A stretch of DNA of 64,000 nucleotides from assembly GCF_004010195.1 (NCBI RefSeq), contig NC_057719.1, positions 44,804,861-44,868,860 of the forward strand, given 5' to 3'. The notes below the pieces were generated by a model. It made no database searches. It saw only the letters and a program-made list of their open reading frames with translations, and was not told the DNA's origin. The stretch is from Chiloscyllium plagiosum (lineage: Eukaryota). Shown in pieces: positions 62,961 through 64,000 of this stretch; position 1 is the stretch's first letter, and every line of letters begins with the position of its first letter. The translations under genes were made by a program, and so were the position numbers.

Positions 62961-64000
62961 TCTCAGAAGCAGTAGTCTTCTATTTGTTGTATCCATCACT
63001 GAAGTCAAAAGCTTACTGTGTGAAGACTTCAAGGTGCAAGTTTTAAAACACATTGGATGACTTGTTGAGATAGAGAGCTAAAAAGTAATTTCAATCTTAA
63101 TTAAATATGCGACACCATCAGGTGCTGATGTAAGCCTTCTGTGAGCTGTTGCAAACACATTTTATGCTTGATTGTTGTGTCTGAGCTATCCAAACAATTT
63201 GCTGTTGTTGTTCAAAGCTTTTCAGCAGCTTTGTTCATTGTTCACTTTCAAACTACCCAATAATGAGTTATTGTTTTAGTTTCAGCAGATTAGAATGTAT
63301 GTTTGAAGCAGATGAAGTTACAGGATTATGGCAAGAGACCAGAAGAGTGGGATCAGTTATAGATTGCTGTAACAAAAAATCAGAAATAACACAATAGGTT
63401 GATTGGCCTCCTGTGCAGTAAACAACTATAGTATTAACGGCATAGCAAGAATGCTGAAAGGATCTTTGCAAAGAAAGACTTTTATTCCTGAAATAAGTAA
63501 TCTTGCACAAATTGGAATGTTACTGCCGCCTCATTACAACATTCAACTGAACAACTGTTCTCATTATTCCTCCTCCTGTTCAATTCCCAGAATACTTACT
63601 GAAAGAAACTTGACTGAAAATGCGTGTGAAATGTTTCGGATCCCAGACAAGCACAGAATTAGAGTTTTACTCATTATCAGTTTCCTTACTCTTATGTTAT
63701 GGGGCTAAGAAGCTAATCAGAGGGTTCACAGGAAAGGGAGTATCTCTGAAGTGGAGACGGACAGGCACTTTAGGTTCCTTAGCTTTTGTATTTCTTTTGC
63801 TTTCTGTGATGGTTGAGAGGAATCAGGAGCTAGCCTTATCTTTGCACAGCACTGTGTAAGTGCACAGTTTTCTTTGTTTTACAAATGAGATACAATTCAC
63901 TTGAGGACACAAGTCCATTTAGCTGTGAAATTTCCCTTTATTTTTAAAGTAATGATCCAAAACTCTCAGTATGGCATGTTTCATTCCATATGCTACATCT

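Noticed and set aside
63004..63060. Peptide VKSLLCEDFKVQV resembling the next FRMD6 exon (VKILCHQLLVQV...)
   Set aside because: There is no AG acceptor in the required phase (preceded by GAA), the CDLLRLKDCHLFGL continuation is missing, and the frame stops at 63058-63060. Chance similarity.

Overview
This is vertebrate genomic DNA, almost certainly from a cartilaginous fish. The HE1/V-SINEs and shark-type CR1 and Penelope repeats suggest a shark, but the species is an inference. The only host coding sequence is the first coding exon of FRMD6/Willin (61889-61987, +, [33 protein letters not shown]). A CpG-richer, repeat-free stretch at about 7.6-9.15 kb probably holds its promoter and non-coding first exon, which would imply a ~53-kb first intron. 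The rest is layered transposon sequence: a decayed PIF/Harbinger transposase, a full-length decayed CR1 LINE (ORF1+ORF2), many CR1 fragments, an RTE-clade LINE, HE1 and Deu SINEs, three TA-flanked Tigger-like MITEs, and possible LTR/Gypsy remnants. The most interesting signal is a set of short Penelope-like insertions from three sequence families. Each family carries a minimal hammerhead-ribozyme core (CUGANGA-A-stemII-GAAA-palindrome-NUH) with different, compensating stems. Most copies share one fold-back architecture: an inverted terminal repeat, a fixed ~33-37 nt unpaired tail and a 10-16 bp target-site duplication (TSD). These insertions are nested in, or host, other elements. Almost all ORFs in the supplied track are repeat-derived or spurious. 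All identifications are by eye and from memory; no searches were run, and boundaries of old repeats are approximate.
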